NCBI GenBank assembly: GCA_011523055.1
Contig: WTHQ01000019.1
Location: forward strand, 25,282-89,281
DNA from: Methanobacteriota archaeon
GTDB lineage: Archaea; Thermoplasmatota; Poseidoniia; Poseidoniales; Thalassarchaeaceae
Length of the DNA stretch: 64,000 nt
Reading direction: 5' to 3'
In this document: positions 20,801-29,374 of the stretch, piece after piece
Layout: each line of letters opens with the position of its first letter
How positions within the stretch are numbered: position 1 is the stretch's first letter
Made by a program: the position numbers and the translations under genes
Notes under the pieces: model-generated
Told to the model about the DNA's origin: nothing
The model's input: the letters and a program-made list of their open reading frames with translations, nothing else
The model's database searches: none

Positions 20801-23800
20801 GTTATCTCTATCGTTGTTCCTTGCTCCGTGGTGATCGGGTTGTGATCTAAATTGGAGTCCAACAAAGAGACGGTCCAATCTCCAACAGGGAGTGCTATCT
20901 CGAAGTTCCCAATTTCGTCGACTTCGGAGGTCCAGGTTACTGCAGAGGACTCGTTGGTCGCAATGACGGATAGCCTCTCCCACCCTAGGATCGAATCCTC
21001 GTAAAGGTAGGTTCCTCGGTTCACGGTAACTATTCCCTCATACACCACTCCTTTTCGAGTTACGAGGCTGATGGGTTGGTTCTCCTCAGAGGTGAAGACG
21101 ACTAGTCCATCCACCAGGTTGCCCAAGCCGACCGTCGATGTTACTGTGACGTTTTCGCCCACGGGCAATGTGAATTCGAAATTACCATCCTCATCTGCCA
21201 CGGTGGATATCTCGAAGCCATCCCATCTCGCTACGACTTCGGCGTACTGGACAAAGTCATCCGGCCCAGGTGGGGTGTCATCATCCGATGTGAGAACTGT
21301 GCCCAGGAGCTGGGAGCTTGTTCTGAATTGAACTGTTTTGTACATGTCCTGATCGAGGGCTATTCGCTCCCATACCTGGGTGTTGCCAAGGGTGTAGTTC
21401 AATAGGTATTCACCGGGTAGTAGCTCTGCTTTGTAGGTCTCAGAATCTTGGTCATAAGCCATGTCAAAGACCTCATTGTTTGAAGAGTGCTGTATCTGCA
21501 AGTCGAGACCTCTGACCAAATCTCCAGTTTCAGATTGCAACGAGATTTCAAGATCGGCTGTGACAGGTACTATCAGATCGAGGGAGATGGCTCCTGACTC
21601 GGCGTCCTCTGGCGATAGCTCCGCCACGACATCGAAGAATCCATCGGAGTCGGAGTCGTATGATATCGTGTGTGGTCTTGCCGGGATCGGTCTAATTTCG
21701 ATGGTCCCACCCTCGCTGATGTCTATGGTGCAGGGCGACGATATTTTCAGGGCACAATCACCAGGTTCGTTCTGGCTCTGTAGGTCTGTATCAGTGAGTA
21801 CCACGCTCCCTGTGGCGGGAGTGCCATCTTCTTGCAGAAGGGTGGCGGTTACAGAGAGGCCGTCCACCTGGATGAGTCGGGTTTCCGTGGCAGGGGTCCT
21901 CAGGATGGAGAACTTCTCGGAAACTTCGACCTCCTGGCCGGTGTCCATTACAACGCTTACGCTGTATTCACCAGGGATGGCGTCTGATAAGTGGAAGGTG
22001 CCCTCACGTACCATCTGACCACTGAACACTCCGTCCCCTTGGAAGACACCGTTACCGGAAATTTTTCCAGAGGCCCCGTCCTGAACTACGAATCTACCAG
22101 CTGCTGTAAATGAGGCGTTGTCATAATGGCGAATGAACTCAGACTGACCGTTGGAGACGAATCTTCCCGTTGCATTCACTGACCCGGAGACCAGTATGTC
22201 GCCACTTTGGGTCAGACAGGTCTCAGAGCCGACAGGCATGGTGTCGTTGTCGCCACAGGTAGTCGGTTCGGATCCCTCGGAAAGGGCTCCGTTCAGGATA
22301 CCGTTCCCGTTGAAGGTTCCAGTACCAGAAACTGACTGGTTATTCCTTATCGTTTGGCTCAGTGTTCCTGTGAAGCCCTCTGCCCGTGCTGGGCTCGAGG
22401 AGTCGAACTGCCCGATCCCATCGAACACTGCACTGCCCTCTCCTGCGAAGTAGAGGCCCTCGCCCTCGATCGACCCGGATGATGTCGATATTGAGTAACC
22501 GGGGTGGGAAGCAGAGGGGTCGGCTGGCGTGAGGACGACCGTGGCGTTCTTTATCGGGTCGCCTGCAAAGGAAGGGTCTCCTGCCCACTGGACCTGCCCT
22601 GTGGAGGTGACGGCGGGTACGCTAACATCAACTGCCAGGGTCGCCTCTCCGTTGCTGTGCCCCTCCTCTCCGTCAACCATGATAACCTGAGAGCCCAGGT
22701 ATGTGGTTCCTGCAACCCCGCCCAGTATTGCGGTGATTGGGTTGATGGTTCGGTCCTCGCCGTCGACTTGCTCTCGGGTGATATCGGAAAGCATGTCGAA
22801 GGCGCCCGACTCTATCTGGGCCCTTGCATCGGTTTCGTCTACTGATCCGTAGAAAGCGCTAACCCTTATCTTCCCAGATGGTATGGTCGAGGTGAATTGG
22901 CCTAGGTCATTGGCCGTCTCGGATCCGATGGGTATCCAGTAGGTCCTGGGGTCGGTGTCCATTCCTTCCTCTGAGCTGAATGCGTCCCTCTCAATCAGAA
23001 TTTTCGCATTTGGCACCGGCTCCCCTGTTTCTAGAGTCACCGTGCCGGTTAGCGTGGCACCGCTGTAATACTTGAGTATCTTGACATTGGAGTTCGCATT
23101 TCCGATCGCGTTGTAGTACTGGCTGGGGTCGACACGTGGGTCACTCCAGTTGTAAATGTCAGGTGTGCCGTCGGCATCCGAGTCCAAGTAGTCAGAACCA
23201 TCGTCGTGGTAGTTCGCCAACACGAAGTGGTTCATCATGGCCCCCGGCAGGGCGTAAGCGTTCCTGAGGGGGGTGTCGGGGGTTCCTGATCTTGACCATG
23301 TAGGTCCGGGTTGCCCAGTATTACCAGGGTCGAGACCCAAAGAGGTAGTTCCATAGCCTACGTAAATTTTCGAGAGGAATGTCTCGAAGAACTCTGGCTG
23401 TTGGATGTAGTCAATGTCCTCAAGTGCGATTATCTGACTCTGGTCTGTTATTGCTCCAGACTGTTGTCGGACGATGTCATCAAGGTACTCCTGCTCATAC
23501 TCACCCGCCGTACGGGGGATAATCGGGCCGTCGCCCCTTCGAGTGAGGTAGCTGCTCGAGATGTAGTCTTCTGGATCCAGTCCCGCTAGGGTAGTGGGGG
23601 CATAGAAAATACCCGTGGTTTGGCCTCCGTGGTAATTGTAACCATCGTAGAAAAGACCACCGAGTGGGTATAGTCTGTCATCAATGGCGAAATATCTCAC
23701 GTCGGTGCTTCTCTGGGTGGTCTCCCCTATTCTACCCTCAAAGGTCTGTACTTCATGCTCTACCTCACTTAGGTCCGAAACTAGTCCTACTATCTGGTCT

Positions 23801-26800
23801 AGGTTGAGTGTATGGGTGATGAATGCTCTGCCAACCGCCAGTTTCGCGTTGTTCCTGTGGATTCCGGTTGACAGGTCGTTGTAGTCCTCAATCAGGTCAG
23901 AAGTGTACCTGTAGTCGCCAATAATGTAGTGAGTTGGGCTGGGGGAGAAGTAACTGGATGAGGACCTAGTTGTGTTGAAGAGACGCATGGCTTCGTTTGG
24001 GTCGTCCATGCGCTCACCGACTATCTCTCCGTCCTCGAGCACGTACCAACCAGACTTGGAGGGCAGACCGGTAGTTGACAAGAATGACCCACTTAGTAGT
24101 TGGACACCACCATCCTCGTGTATGAGTGCGAGCGAACGTGCCTCCACGTCTTCTACCGACATGCTGTGTATTCTCTCTAGTTCCCTGATTTGATTATCCT
24201 GGAAATAATGGCCTAGTGCCTCCCGATTGTCTTCATCTGTGACTCCACCCATTCTGAGGGCGTTCATTACCAGCAGGGCGAGGACGTCCTCCTGGCCTGA
24301 GCTGAGTAGGATGTTCCCCGAGATTGGTATTCCAGATTGGAAATTGTCTGCGACCGTGGGGTGCTGTCCGTGGGAAAGCGCTTGGAACCCATAGTCCCAC
24401 CAAGATAGGAAGGCAGGGCGTTCTGTGAAGGCGGTTTCTGAGTCCTGTTCGGATAGCCACTCATAGGCCATGTTCCAGCCCCCTCCATTGAAGCCTGGCC
24501 CAAAGGTACCTAGGTACCAACAGCCACTCGTGCAACGCTCGTCCGGCGAGTATTGGTTGGAGTTGAGGACGGAGAAACCTAGAACCTCGTACCGCAGCAC
24601 ATCCGGCATTATCCCCTGGATGGTCTCATCAACGTCACCAGCAGAAGAGTCACCACGGGGTATCCCTGAATCTATGCCGTAGGTGGCGTGTTGGGAGAAA
24701 ACGATGAGCAGGACCATCAGCGCAGCTGGTACGCCTGGCCTTGATCGGCTAGCGGAGAAAGTGCTGTTGAACCGTGCCCTTGGAGATCCGATGCCTGTTT
24801 TCTTCCAGTGTTTGACAAATTCTGCTGGGTTGGCGTAAGCCCACATGGCAGTGAGACCTATGCCGCCTACGACTGCCATCGGGGGCCCTGCGTTGAATAT
24901 GAACCTACCAGCGGTCCAGGACATATAGGACGCGACAACTATCCATGTTCCTAGAGTGAATGATGCTGTGTCCTCGTTCCTTCCACCCCTCCACATCAGC
25001 ATAACCCCATAGCCAATCGCGGCGATGGTCACGATTGGGCCGAATGAGGCGAACAGGATGCCCCTGTCTGGAGCCTGTGCCTCTCCAATGGTTGAGAAGA
25101 CCTTGTTCTTCGAGAAGTAGAAGCCACCAGTGGTTAGGATGTCCCAACCGGCGTACCACCCAAGGGCCTGCAAGGCGTAGAGGACTCCCAACACGGTTAG
25201 CGTGAGCGTGGCAGTGGTTGTGAAGACCATGAGCCATGGTTTGTCCCTAGACGCGGAAATAACGTAACCAAGGCCGAGTGTGAACCCTAGCATGTAGATC
25301 ATGGGGGCCATGCCGCTTGGGTTTGTCAGCAGGTTCATCCCTGGCCAGATGTAGAATGGGAGCGGGATTATGATCGCGGCAGCAAGCATCTGTAGCATCG
25401 CGGATGTGATGGGAAGCGTGTCCCTCCCCCTAAACAGATTAAGGAATACTATGCCCGAGTACCCCAGGAAGAGGATTCCTGGCGCGTAGACGAATCCCTT
25501 CCAAGCAAGCCCAGCGGTTGCGAATGAGATTCCTGAGAGGGTCGCGTAGACCATGGTGGTCCTCTGCGAGTGCCACATGAACCTGATTCCCGCGAGGATG
25601 TACAAAGGGTTCCAAGAGGTTCTAGAGAATAGACGATCCTGCCTCATGCCCATCATGGACCTGACCCACCAGTAGAATCCCAGTGTGAGGAAGAACATGG
25701 CGAATGAATCGTGGTCTGCCAACCCGAAGGTCGAGTGAGTGATGTGGCCCGGCATGAATGCTATCAACCAAGCAGATGCGATGCCTGCCAGAGGGGAGTG
25801 GAACCTTCTGGCCATCGCCGCCACGGGGAGCACTATTAGCGCGCCCCAGATTGCAGGCTGGGCTTCCACTGACCACCAAACTGCTTCCGAGAGAGACATG
25901 TCCGCCACCCACGACAGAAATATTCCTCCGAGGGCGAGTGACCATGAGAAGAGGGGCGGCCGGGGGTTGAGCCCCCCCACAGGGTAATTGCGGTCTGCGT
26001 CAAACACAAGGTGGGCCCTCTCATAGGCGACGTAATCGATGATTCGCTTCATGTACCATGGATCAGATCCCCCAGACATGTCCCACTCCCCGATAATCGA
26101 GGCGTTCATGGCAGGAATTACGTTCCACACGACTCGGACGATGAAACCTACTACGAGGGCCATGCCGACCAGGATGGCGTAGTTGTGATTTTGCCACCAC
26201 CTTCTGAGATGTGAAGGTTCCCTGAGGGGGGCCATAGCACCTAGATGTCCCCTTGAGGCCAGAACAATGATGCCGACATTCGACCAGAAGGTAATGAGCA
26301 ACCAAAGGATCATCGGATAAGAGCCGTCGTCTGTCAGAGCAGCAGGGAAACCGGATACTCCGACGTCACTCAATCTCCCAAGAGTGTAAATTACCCAATT
26401 CAGAGATGCCACGGATGCTAGGACATTCCATCTTTCTGCTTTGAATAGGCAGACGACCATGACCACAGCAGCGGAGAAAAGGCCCCAGAAGGGCCCGAGA
26501 AAGGCGCCATTGTCGTAGACCGATGGATCATCTATGGTAGCCAGCCAGACCATGGGAACCAGGAGTGAGGTCATAATCGCACCGGCAGCGAGATGGATGG
26601 ATTTGTTCTTGATGTCGAACGGCAGCTCCGAGAGCATGCCCGACCTGCTATTTCTGTCAAGGGTCTTGGACAGCATCAACGAGACGTAGAGGGCGCCCAT
26701 TACCATAACGGAGGCCATTGAAGAGAACCTAGCGCCCAGATAGGCGCGGGCGGCATCGGTCTGTGAGCCGTCCGGAATCTCTGAATTCAGCGCGTATATC

Positions 26801-27210
26801 ACAGCGAAGTAAATTCCGATGATGCTTCCGACGAGGAAATTCGCCTCAATCGGCCTGCCCTTCGAAGTCAGGACATGTGTCCCCATGGAAGTGAGGAGGA
26901 ATGTTATGCATAGCGCTGCAGGGGCGACAAGGGAGGCTCCAAGAGAGGTAGCTATGAGAATGGTAGGGGCTATCCAATCGTCGAGTTTCGTCACAGAGGG
27001 GTGCTCCGAGCTAATCCTCCCGAAAGCCGCGCCAGTGGCAGCCACGGCTGGAAGAGCGAGGAGGGCTATTTCGTCCGTCCATCCATTCAGTCCCGAGACC
27101 TGTGCAGTGATCAAGAACACAAAAAAGGCGGCTGCCAACAGGATTGGGCCGCCAAGTATGCCTTTCATCGAGGCTGCATCGGTGTTGCCGTTTTTGTCTA
27201 TCATTTTCAT
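17836..27210 (-). CDS. aglB: oligosaccharyltransferase AglB/STT3 with extra N-terminal membrane domain and very long C-terminal Ig-like/carboxypeptidase-regulatory-like extension (3124 aa)
   Basis: SDPWY, ADHD, TIGE (TIxE), SWWDYG and ADNFQ motifs in a multi-TM core; about 1700 aa of beta-sandwich repeats; terminal TM and basic tail. Confidence 0.9.
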   Translation of the reverse strand: MKMIDKNGNTDAASMKGILGGPILLAAAFFVFLITAQVSGLNGWTDEIALLALPAVAATGAAFGRISSEHPSVTKLDDWIAPTILIATSLGASLVAPAALCITFLLTSMGTHVLTSKGRPIEANFLVGSIIGIYFAVIYALNSEIPDGSQTDAARAYLGARFSSMASVMVMGALYVSLMLSKTLDRNSRSGMLSELPFDIKNKSIHLAAGAIMTSLLVPMVWLATIDDPSVYDNGAFLGPFWGLFSAAVVMVVCLFKAERWNVLASVASLNWVIYTLGRLSDVGVSGFPAALTDDGSYPMILWLLITFWSNVGIIVLASRGHLGAMAPLREPSHLRRWWQNHNYAILVGMALVVGFIVRVVWNVIPAMNASIIGEWDMSGGSDPWYMKRIIDYVAYERAHLVFDADRNYPVGGLNPRPPLFSWSLALGGIFLSWVADMSLSEAVWWSVEAQPAIWGALIVLPVAAMARRFHSPLAGIASAWLIAFMPGHITHSTFGLADHDSFAMFFLTLGFYWWVRSMMGMRQDRLFSRTSWNPLYILAGIRFMWHSQRTTMVYATLSGISFATAGLAWKGFVYAPGILFLGYSGIVFLNLFRGRDTLPITSAMLQMLAAAIIIPLPFYIWPGMNLLTNPSGMAPMIYMLGFTLGLGYVISASRDKPWLMVFTTTATLTLTVLGVLYALQALGWYAGWDILTTGGFYFSKNKVFSTIGEAQAPDRGILFASFGPIVTIAAIGYGVMLMWRGGRNEDTASFTLGTWIVVASYMSWTAGRFIFNAGPPMAVVGGIGLTAMWAYANPAEFVKHWKKTGIGSPRARFNSTFSASRSRPGVPAALMVLLIVFSQHATYGIDSGIPRGDSSAGDVDETIQGIMPDVLRYEVLGFSVLNSNQYSPDERCTSGCWYLGTFGPGFNGGGWNMAYEWLSEQDSETAFTERPAFLSWWDYGFQALSHGQHPTVADNFQSGIPISGNILLSSGQEDVLALLVMNALRMGGVTDEDNREALGHYFQDNQIRELERIHSMSVEDVEARSLALIHEDGGVQLLSGSFLSTTGLPSKSGWYVLEDGEIVGERMDDPNEAMRLFNTTRSSSSYFSPSPTHYIIGDYRYTSDLIEDYNDLSTGIHRNNAKLAVGRAFITHTLNLDQIVGLVSDLSEVEHEVQTFEGRIGETTQRSTDVRYFAIDDRLYPLGGLFYDGYNYHGGQTTGIFYAPTTLAGLDPEDYISSSYLTRRGDGPIIPRTAGEYEQEYLDDIVRQQSGAITDQSQIIALEDIDYIQQPEFFETFLSKIYVGYGTTSLGLDPGNTGQPGPTWSRSGTPDTPLRNAYALPGAMMNHFVLANYHDDGSDYLDSDADGTPDIYNWSDPRVDPSQYYNAIGNANSNVKILKYYSGATLTGTVTLETGEPVPNAKILIERDAFSSEEGMDTDPRTYWIPIGSETANDLGQFTSTIPSGKIRVSAFYGSVDETDARAQIESGAFDMLSDITREQVDGEDRTINPITAILGGVAGTTYLGSQVIMVDGEEGHSNGEATLAVDVSVPAVTSTGQVQWAGDPSFAGDPIKNATVVLTPADPSASHPGYSISTSSGSIEGEGLYFAGEGSAVFDGIGQFDSSSPARAEGFTGTLSQTIRNNQSVSGTGTFNGNGILNGALSEGSEPTTCGDNDTMPVGSETCLTQSGDILVSGSVNATGRFVSNGQSEFIRHYDNASFTAAGRFVVQDGASGKISGNGVFQGDGVFSGQMVREGTFHLSDAIPGEYSVSVVMDTGQEVEVSEKFSILRTPATETRLIQVDGLSVTATLLQEDGTPATGSVVLTDTDLQSQNEPGDCALKISSPCTIDISEGGTIEIRPIPARPHTISYDSDSDGFFDVVAELSPEDAESGAISLDLIVPVTADLEISLQSETGDLVRGLDLQIQHSSNNEVFDMAYDQDSETYKAELLPGEYLLNYTLGNTQVWERIALDQDMYKTVQFRTSSQLLGTVLTSDDDTPPGPDDFVQYAEVVARWDGFEISTVADEDGNFEFTLPVGENVTVTSTVGLGNLVDGLVVFTSEENQPISLVTRKGVVYEGIVTVNRGTYLYEDSILGWERLSVIATNESSAVTWTSEVDEIGNFEIALPVGDWTVSLLDSNLDHNPITTEQGTTIEITITPVNSTLDLFAFIDTSGDGNFTNGSGVVADFRIVPLNPNGIERNLTTSTTGSANIELEPGNYVIETSILNPDETLFGTRILTGDTNLQVPYQPTSLARDIGFDPEGVVNVTILDQLLAPVPDLDVKFRNIDTDPVTVTTLRTNEDGNILALLPTGQTIIEIDGFEPGDNTVLGVRSHVEVIAGSESPEMTLELTEMATLNITILDTESSSPVAGQRLFLESQDGLGSVKMPITNETGSSSANVVPGNWSISHDEEVGGVRIVIQETHIDQVQAGQLREVTLQAQREVTLSGKVFWDFDKDGQADVAEGVSNATILVDDGQSTVEITTDESGTYSTLVRSNVTLSITVEKDGFATMEANTSIESAPVDLDVELTAGTVTARGSITYLGESVDPAWSDDIEILLVPREGFAMPSVSADKGGGQDWDGTWSVDLEPGRYVLQIRDESRNLVAFAPIFADLVDGGQADVDLVPGGWLVMNGSWIDYEGGLHSISSIDMDLDGSDILADEITLLMESGPSVEWRLAVPSNGEIRVLLPSGSVTVSGDFEVHQQDRTMAYEAGQSISIPSSTISDSFETAPIDLRFNRISNSAISASVGSSTSAIVDEAGILVAELDGMGGYDPIFVEVVIDYEGHETSDEFNIRATVPGTDSAEWAIQIDNGSGEYTDSTTLLMSIDDDQKTISVKITPPNSTVARHFPDGRAVAIQISSDNGVNEDVEVMVNVPKTTGWSLAEEPDELYGVRPGSQQNLQLTFQNDGNSDEVFAISFDDDALPEGWTRTGVQSVTVGAFESQAVSVVLSAPEAATDEPFSLTMYVIGGDQTEYQPVVLEVSAQFAVISIDRDSVSWLGGGKDPVYGSTQTVVLTVENNGLVEAGEVVVRADHKTSAQAELSGINASTVLSIPAGGQDTAFLDLNFSSLTQGDAWIVFSIESVDGKESSEDPYTKKYNLQSPSVDEAGNATQVLMVVLIVILGGLLILLTRRPGRKPNAPF

Positions 27211-27312
27211 TCACCCAGTACAGCCGAGGCTGTCCAGCATCGCGGCCACCTTGCCTCTCCATTTAAGCGGGACGGTCACATTGTCAACAGGGAAGTGGCG
27301 ATGACATCCCGA

Positions 27313-28611
27313 TCAGCGTTCCTCGAGAGCCCTGTGGCCTATGTCGCGCCTGTAGTGTCCACCTTTGAGTTCAACTTTGGACATTCGGGCATACGCATTC
27401 CGCACTGCGCCCTCAAGGTTGTCCGAGATGCCCGTCACGCTCAACACCCTCCCTCCGGAGGAAAGCACATCATTTTCCTCTCTCATGGTGCCTGCGTGGT
27501 GAATGATAGCCTCGATCTTTGAATCCTCTTCAAAGATTCCCGTAAGTGCTCGTCCTTTCTTGGGATTTTCTGGATATCCCTCGGATGCTAGTACGACCGT
27601 TGCAGCATGCTTCGGGCTAACCTCTAGGTCAAATTCTGACAATCTCCCCGTAGAGGTCGCCCAGAGGAGGTCTCCTAGGTCTGATTCGATTAGTGGCAGG
27701 GTTACCTGGGTCTCCGGATCCCCTAGCCTCACGTTGAACTCCACTACTTTGGGCATCTCTTCCTCTATCATCAGACCGACGTATAGGCAGCCTCTGTAAG
27801 GTGAAGTCTGGCTCGAAAGGTAATCGTACATTGGCTGTATGATTCTTTCGACAACATGGCACATGACGGATTCCGTGACGATTGGCGCGGGGGAATACGC
27901 GCCCATGCCACCTGTGTTTGGGCCTTCATCTTGATCATTGAGCCTCTTGTGGTCTTGGCTTGTTGGAAGAACCGAGAATCCGGATTCGTCCATTAGGACA
28001 AGGATTGATGCCTCTTCTCCAGGGAGAAACTCCTCGATTAGGACCCTACCGTCCATTTCTACCGCTTCTCTGGCAGCAGCCATAGCCAATGCATAGTCCT
28101 CTGTTACGGTCACGCCCTTGCCAGCAGCCAGGCCGTCTCTTTTGATCACCCATGGATTTGAGAATCCCTGCAGGGCTTCTTCGATTTGGGATGGGTGATT
28201 GATCACAATTGACCCCGCGGTCGGAATGCCCAAGCTGTCCATTATTCGCTTGGCGTGTTGCTTAGATCCCTCCAATTTCGCTCCTTCTGCATTGGGCCCA
28301 AAGCAGGGGACCCCCATTTCCCTAAGTCTGTCAGCCAGACCGGCTACGAGCGGGGCCTCAGGCCCAATTACCACAAGGTCTGCGTTCAGATGGGCCGCTA
28401 GTTCGCAGAGAGAATCAATGTCGTCAGCACTAACATCATGGTTCAACCCCACCTCAGATGTGCCAGCGTTTCCTGGTGCTATGTGAATTTCAGACACCGA
28501 TTTCGATTTAGCCAGTCCCAGCGATATGGCATGTTCTCTCCCACCAGATCCAACGATCAGCACGCGGCCATCCTTCATGGCTCCCGCAAGGTGTAGGGGC
28601 ATATGACTCAA
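27313..28611 (-). CDS. purD: phosphoribosylamine--glycine ligase
   Basis: VLIVGSGGREHA, GPEAPL, LEGSK, GLAAGKGV, QDHKR, GPNTGGMGAYSP, EFNVRLGDPETQ. Start may be 28578. Confidence 0.97.
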   Translation of the reverse strand: MSHMPLHLAGAMKDGRVLIVGSGGREHAISLGLAKSKSVSEIHIAPGNAGTSEVGLNHDVSADDIDSLCELAAHLNADLVVIGPEAPLVAGLADRLREMGVPCFGPNAEGAKLEGSKQHAKRIMDSLGIPTAGSIVINHPSQIEEALQGFSNPWVIKRDGLAAGKGVTVTEDYALAMAAAREAVEMDGRVLIEEFLPGEEASILVLMDESGFSVLPTSQDHKRLNDQDEGPNTGGMGAYSPAPIVTESVMCHVVERIIQPMYDYLSSQTSPYRGCLYVGLMIEEEMPKVVEFNVRLGDPETQVTLPLIESDLGDLLWATSTGRLSEFDLEVSPKHAATVVLASEGYPENPKKGRALTGIFEEDSKIEAIIHHAGTMREENDVLSSGGRVLSVTGISDNLEGAVRNAYARMSKVELKGGHYRRDIGHRALEER

Positions 28612-28615
28612 TTCA

Positions 28616-29293
28616 TCAGTAGGGTACTGATTTCAGGCCCAGCTTGAAGCCGAGAATGTTGGTTAACCTGTGCATGACGGGCGTGAGAATTAGTAATCCG
28701 ATGACATATGGCCTCACGGTCTCCTCGAAAAAGATCGTGTCCTCGAACATGAGCGCTGTGCACGCGAAAATGGCTAACGCAAAGGGTATGGTGTCCAAGA
28801 GAGGGGCGCGTGAGGAGATTTCCCCCTCTCTCTTAAGGCCTCTTCGCCTTTTGAAAAACGACCCTATGCTGTCCCCAAGCATACAAGAAAATCCAAGCGT
28901 GAATCCAATGATTGCAGCAGAAACAATAGGATCCTCATTGTAGGCGAAGGATTCACTGGGCAGGTTTCCAACAGGATCCAGCAATGGCCGGTGTTCAGCG
29001 GTCGTCCTTCCACCCCATAATGTATGGGCGAGAACAGTTAGAACAGCTGAAAACACCGCGCCACCGAAGAGGCCTTCCCATGATTTTCCATCCCCTAAGA
29101 CCCTGTTACCATCGTACCAGTTTCTACCAAAGTCGATCTTGTGGCTTTGAAACTTCAGAATATCAGGGATCCACTTTCCAAACAACATAGCCCCCGTGTT
29201 GGCTAGATATGCTGGACCAAAGAGAATTATCACGGATATGACGTTTAAGACAACTTCCATCAAAGAATCACTCGGGAGCAACTCGCTTGCCAC
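28616..29293 (-). CDS. carS: CDP-archaeol synthase (DUF46)
   Basis: PAYLAN, IDFGRNWYDGNRVLGDGKSWEG, GDSIGSFFKRRRG, APLLD, GLKSVPY. Confidence 0.92.
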   Translation of the reverse strand: MASELLPSDSLMEVVLNVISVIILFGPAYLANTGAMLFGKWIPDILKFQSHKIDFGRNWYDGNRVLGDGKSWEGLFGGAVFSAVLTVLAHTLWGGRTTAEHRPLLDPVGNLPSESFAYNEDPIVSAAIIGFTLGFSCMLGDSIGSFFKRRRGLKREGEISSRAPLLDTIPFALAIFACTALMFEDTIFFEETVRPYVIGLLILTPVMHRLTNILGFKLGLKSVPY

Positions 29294-29374
29294 GATTCAG
29301 CGTGCCGACGCCTTTGACTTAACTATGACCTGTGTTGGGTGATATTGATGTCCTTCTTCCTGTTGAGCACCACC

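Noticed and set aside
18362..27522. Many 60-185 aa plus-strand ORFs opposite aglB (similar ones lie opposite carB, argS and the STAND gene)
   Set aside because: Ser/Pro-rich antisense shadows of real genes with no recognisable motifs
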